DNA of 15,849 bases from contig JBHLRQ010000010.1 of NCBI GenBank assembly GCA_048882385.1, positions 1 through 15,849 of the forward strand. The letters are read 5' to 3'. This document shows positions 13,916 to 15,849 of this stretch, piece after piece. Positions within the stretch are counted from its first letter, which is position 1. The number at the start of each line of letters is the position of its first letter. The notes below the pieces were generated by a model that was given only the letters and a program-made list of their open reading frames with translations, was not told where the DNA came from and ran no database searches. Source of the stretch: Candidatus Thorarchaeota archaeon (lineage in GTDB: Archaea > Asgardarchaeota > Thorarchaeia > Thorarchaeales > Thorarchaeaceae). A program made the position numbers and the translations under genes.

Positions 13916-15849
13916 ATGCTGAAAGAGTTCACCTATGATGTACCAGATATTGAGCGTGGCTATGCAAATCAGACGCTCTATGTGAATCTAAGCAACAACG
14001 AGATCATAATCAAACCTGTGGATGAAAAGATGAAAGATACTTTCACAGGTGGAAAGGGATTTGATCTCTGGCTAATGTGGAATGGTCTTCCCAATGATCG
14101 AATAGTCAAATGGGATGATCCTGAGAACGAGATATGCATCGCTACTGGTCCTCTTGGTGGAGTCACTCAGTATCCTGGTGCTGGAAAGTCAATCGTTACT
14201 TCTATTTCACCTATGACCGGAATTCCAATTGATAGCAATGTTGGAGGATATGCAGGACCAAACCTGAAGTTCTCAGGATTCGATGCGATGGAGATTCAGG
14301 GAAAAGCCAACAAAGATGTGTACATCCTTATTGATGGGGACAATGGAAGGATCGAGATTCGCGATGCAGGCGACCTCCCAGAAACAGCGTATGAAATAAC
14401 ACGTGTACTCACTGACCGTCACACTGAGAAGGAAGGAAAGGACATGGCGGTTGTCACTGCGGGACCAGCCGCTGAACATGCATGGATGGGATGTTTGAAC
14501 TTCTCTTGGTGGGATATGCGTAGAAACGTTCCAAGGTACAAACAAGCTGGTAGGGGAGGTATAGGTACTGTCTTCAGAAATAAGAAGATTAAAGCTATCG
14601 TGATGAAGAAAGAAAAAATCACACTTGAGATGAACGGACCTGCAGATATCGACGCTGTAAAGGCTGTAGGTCGAGACCATTCAGGAGAGATTCTTGAACT
14701 AGACAAAGTGCAGAACAGAATGAGGGTAGTTGGTACTGGTCATCTTCCATCGATAATGGATGAGTTCGATCTTCTTCCGACTCGCAATTTCAGAACAGGT
14801 AGTGACCCGGAGGCAAAGAACCTCTTTGGTGATGTATGGGAAGAAATCTTCACCAACTCAGGAAAGGGATGGGATGGCTGTTGGCGTCCTTGTGCAATTA
14901 ACTGTTCACATTGCATTGAGGGATTCGTCCCCAAGACCGGGCCTTTCAGAGGAAAGAACGTCGTTGTGGACGGACCAGAGTATGAAACAATAGCTGGATG
15001 TGGTTCAAACATAGGAATCTTCGATCCGCATTATGTTGCTGAACTGAATTTCTATTGCGATGCTTATGGTATAGACACTATCAGTTTCGGCACCACTATG
15101 GGTTTTGTCATGGAACTCTTTGAGGAAGGTCATATTGACGAGAAAGCCACTGGCGGACACAAGCTCAAATGGGGCGCTGCTGAAGAATCACTTGCGATCC
15201 TTCACGAGATAGCAGAAGGCAAAGGATTTGGAGGTGAACACTTTGGGAAGGGAGTCCGCTATCTGAAGGGATACTTCGGTGACAAGTTCGGTGTAGACAA
15301 ACAGGTCATGCAAGACATAGGCATGGAGCACAAAGGTCTCGAGTACTCTGAATATGTCACGAAAGAAAGTTTAGCGCAGCAAGGTGGATATGGTCTCACA
15401 CTCAAGGGTCCGCAACACGACGAAGCGTGGCTCATCTTCCTCGACCAGGTGCACAACTACATGCCTACGTTCGATGACAAAGCTGAGGCATTACATTATT
15501 TCCCGAACTGGCGGACTTGGTTCAGTCTCAATGGTCTATGTAAACTGCCTTGGAACGACGTAGTTCCTGCAGATAACTCTGAAACAGATGAACCAGCTAA
15601 GGTTCCAGGTCATGTCGCATTCTATGCTAGATTTTTCGAAGCGATGACCGGGAAACCAACAAAAGGAGAGGACCTTATAGAAATGTCAGAGAGGGTCTAC
15701 AACTTCCAAAGAATCTTCAACATCCGCCAAGGTAAGGGTCTCAGACTTCATGACTCGTTTATCCCTTATCGAAGTGCTGGACCAGTTACTGATTGGGAAT
15801 ACGAATCACGTGCTGACCGCTACGATGAGCAACTTAAGGAGATTGGCGT
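13916..15849 (+). CDS. Tungsten-containing aldehyde:ferredoxin oxidoreductase (AOR/WOR) family protein, 3'-truncated by the window edge
   Basis: Manual translation: MLKEFTYDVPDIERGYANQTLYVNLS...FTGGKG...ISPMTG..DSNVGG..LKFSGFDA..QAGRGGIG..CWRPCAINC..DGPEYET..CDAYGIDTIS..GLCKLPW. GGTGAT SD. I checked the frame at these motifs; its absence from the ORF track is consistent with no stop before the window end. In-frame GTG 13892 is an alternative start. Confidence 0.92.
   Translation, partial: MLKEFTYDVPDIERGYANQTLYVNLSNNEIIIKPVDEKMKDTFTGGKGFDLWLMWNGLPNDRIVKWDDPENEICIATGPLGGVTQYPGAGKSIVTSISPMTGIPIDSNVGGYAGPNLKFSGFDAMEIQGKANKDVYILIDGDNGRIEIRDAGDLPETAYEITRVLTDRHTEKEGKDMAVVTAGPAAEHAWMGCLNFSWWDMRRNVPRYKQAGRGGIGTVFRNKKIKAIVMKKEKITLEMNGPADIDAVKAVGRDHSGEILELDKVQNRMRVVGTGHLPSIMDEFDLLPTRNFRTGSDPEAKNLFGDVWEEIFTNSGKGWDGCWRPCAINCSHCIEGFVPKTGPFRGKNVVVDGPEYETIAGCGSNIGIFDPHYVAELNFYCDAYGIDTISFGTTMGFVMELFEEGHIDEKATGGHKLKWGAAEESLAILHEIAEGKGFGGEHFGKGVRYLKGYFGDKFGVDKQVMQDIGMEHKGLEYSEYVTKESLAQQGGYGLTLKGPQHDEAWLIFLDQVHNYMPTFDDKAEALHYFPNWRTWFSLNGLCKLPWNDVVPADNSETDEPAKVPGHVAFYARFFEAMTGKPTKGEDLIEMSERVYNFQRIFNIRQGKGLRLHDSFIPYRSAGPVTDWEYESRADRYDEQLKEIG

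Noticed and set aside
427-15456. Many short antisense or alternate-frame ORFs in the track (e.g. 748..1053, 5014..5436, 6285..6737, 7833..8258, 14273..14680)
   Set aside because: They are shadows of well-supported genes and have no recognisable motifs.
1-15849. CRISPR arrays, tRNA/rRNA genes, transposases or integrases
   Set aside because: None seen. The GC-rich structure at 25-123 lacks a tRNA cloverleaf and is explained by the SECIS.

Overview
Archaeal window, probably Asgard (Thorarchaeia-like; inferred from gene content and the SECIS type, not from a marker gene). The left 9 kb is a tightly coupled minus-strand operon for a hydrogenase/heterodisulfide-reductase complex. In order it encodes an HdrA with an inserted GltD/NfnB-like NAD(P)H module, hdrC, hdrB, a second complementary hdrA, mvhD, a small winged-helix protein, mvhG, and a large hydrogenase subunit lacking its C-terminal metal-binding motif. 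That motif is supplied by a 50-codon gene the ORF track missed (247..95, vhuU-like). It has an in-frame TGA exactly at the Ni-ligand position (RCYDC-U-LSCGAH), which points to selenocysteine. It is followed by a eukaryote-type SECIS hairpin whose AUGA core is the gene's own stop codon. The rest of the window holds a GTP-dependent PEP carboxykinase, a membrane-anchored beta-helix surface protein, and a divergent tungsten aldehyde:ferredoxin oxidoreductase-family gene. That last gene is also absent from the ORF track because it runs off the window end.
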